Source: Octopus sinensis (lineage: Eukaryota). From it: a stretch of DNA of 64,000 bases. Of this stretch, positions 62,736 to 64,000 are shown piece by piece (positions within the stretch are counted from its first letter, which is position 1; every line of letters begins with the position of its first letter). The translations under genes and the position numbers were made by a program. Where the stretch lies: NCBI RefSeq assembly GCF_006345805.1, contig NC_043000.1:96410001-96474000 (forward strand), given 5' to 3'. The notes beneath the pieces were generated by a model, which was given only the letters and a program-made list of their open reading frames with translations, did no database searches and was not told the origin of the DNA.

Positions 62736-63497
62736 AAATACAAAATGGGACAAGAACGCAAAACATTCGGACAACTAGGTGATACAAAAAGGGACAACAA
62801 AACATTCCGATAGACGATACAAAATAAACAAGGACGGGTCATTCGAAGCCTTTTATCTTCAGTCAAGAACCGGATCATCTTCGCAATTTCGGCTGATTAA
62901 TCTTGAGATTGCTTCAATCTGGACAGTCCCACACATGTATGTACGTACGTATGTATGTATGTATGTATGTATGTATGTATGTATGTATGTATGTATGTAT
63001 GTATGTATGTATGTATGTATGTATGTATGTATGTATGCATGTATGTGTGCATTATGTATGTATATGTATTTCTCTCTGTCTGTTTCGCATATATGTGTGT
63101 GTGAGTGTGTGTGTATGTATGTGCATGTATGTATGTACTTATATCATAAGTGCATGTACGTGTTGTGTGTGTGTGTGTATTATATGTGCATGCATGTATA
63201 TATACATGTATATAATTATGGAAGATGTTAGAAGATTGATTAAAAATATAAAACAATACAATAAATATAGTTTTTGTCGATTCTGATGGATGTCCAGTGA
63301 TTGTGAAGAAATGATAGGCTTGGAAATGTTATGTTGGAAAGAACTGAAAAGTCGGTACCGCAAAAATAGATAGAATTTTCTTTACGTAACAAAAGAAAAA
63401 AAATGCAATGAAACAAAATGAAATAAATAAATAAAGAACAAAAATCAAAGGAGGCGAAATTAATGGAATGAATATAATTTGAGAAAAGTTGTGGTTA

Positions 63498-63645
63498 TGA
63501 TACTGGTGTTGATGACACTGGTGTTGATGACACTGGTGTTGATGACATTGGTGTTGATGACACTGGTGTTGATGACACTGGTGTTGATGACATTGGTGTT
63601 GATGATACTGGTGTTGATGACACTGATTAATGACACTGGTGTTGA
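63498..63645. repeat. Minisatellite, ~9-10 x 15 bp (TGATGACACTGGTGT), followed by (GAT)n
   Basis: Direct observation of tandem units with C/T variants. Confidence 0.92.
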
Positions 63646-63783
63646 TGATGATGATGATGATGATGATGATGAGGAGGAGGAGGATCAAAAGCAAACGAGT
63701 GTTGAATAGTAGTAGTAGTGGTACTGGTGATGGTGGTGGTAGTTCTGGTGACGGTGGTGGCTGTGGCGGCAGTGACTGGTTTG

Positions 63784-63827
<44 letters not shown>

Positions 63828-64000
63828 AGTTGTGGTGGATTGAACAGAAATAGTAGTCTCAGCACCGCCACTATACAGCACCACTGGCTGAGGCTTTCTG
63901 CCTGTCTATCTCCAGAGGCAATGCGCCCACACTAACTTAAGAGGGTAGCTGAGAGCATCACACTTCACCTTTCCTGTAAATAAACCAGTTGTAAATAGCA

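Overview
Repeat-dense, AT-rich animal genomic DNA, most likely an octopus/coleoid cephalopod (inferred from the tRNA-derived SINE families and microsatellite load; no search run). One host gene is supported: the 5' part of alkylglycerol monooxygenase (AGMO/TMEM195) on the minus strand, six GT-AG exons from 26707 down to 3137 (739 nt, ~246 codons, all histidine boxes present); the remaining exons lie left of the window. The rest is introns and ~37 kb of upstream sequence filled with SINEs, decayed LINEs (RTE, R4/Dong, Tx1, CR1), Penelope-like fragments, mariner/pogo/piggyBac-like/Chapaev3 elements, Helitrons and microsatellites. Most notable: two diverged members of a ~555-560-nt non-coding repeat family inserted in (TA)n tracts in AGMO introns 4 and 2 (8103-9961 and 16668-17386), in tandem plus inverted copies, each with a type I hammerhead ribozyme motif showing compensatory base changes and a shared unusual A-A opposition at the base of stem II (retrozyme / Penelope pLTR-like). 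Second: three co-oriented R4/Dong-type retrotransposons each bounded by (CATA)n arrays, suggesting microsatellite targeting. Repeat boundaries are approximate; family names are from motif recognition only.
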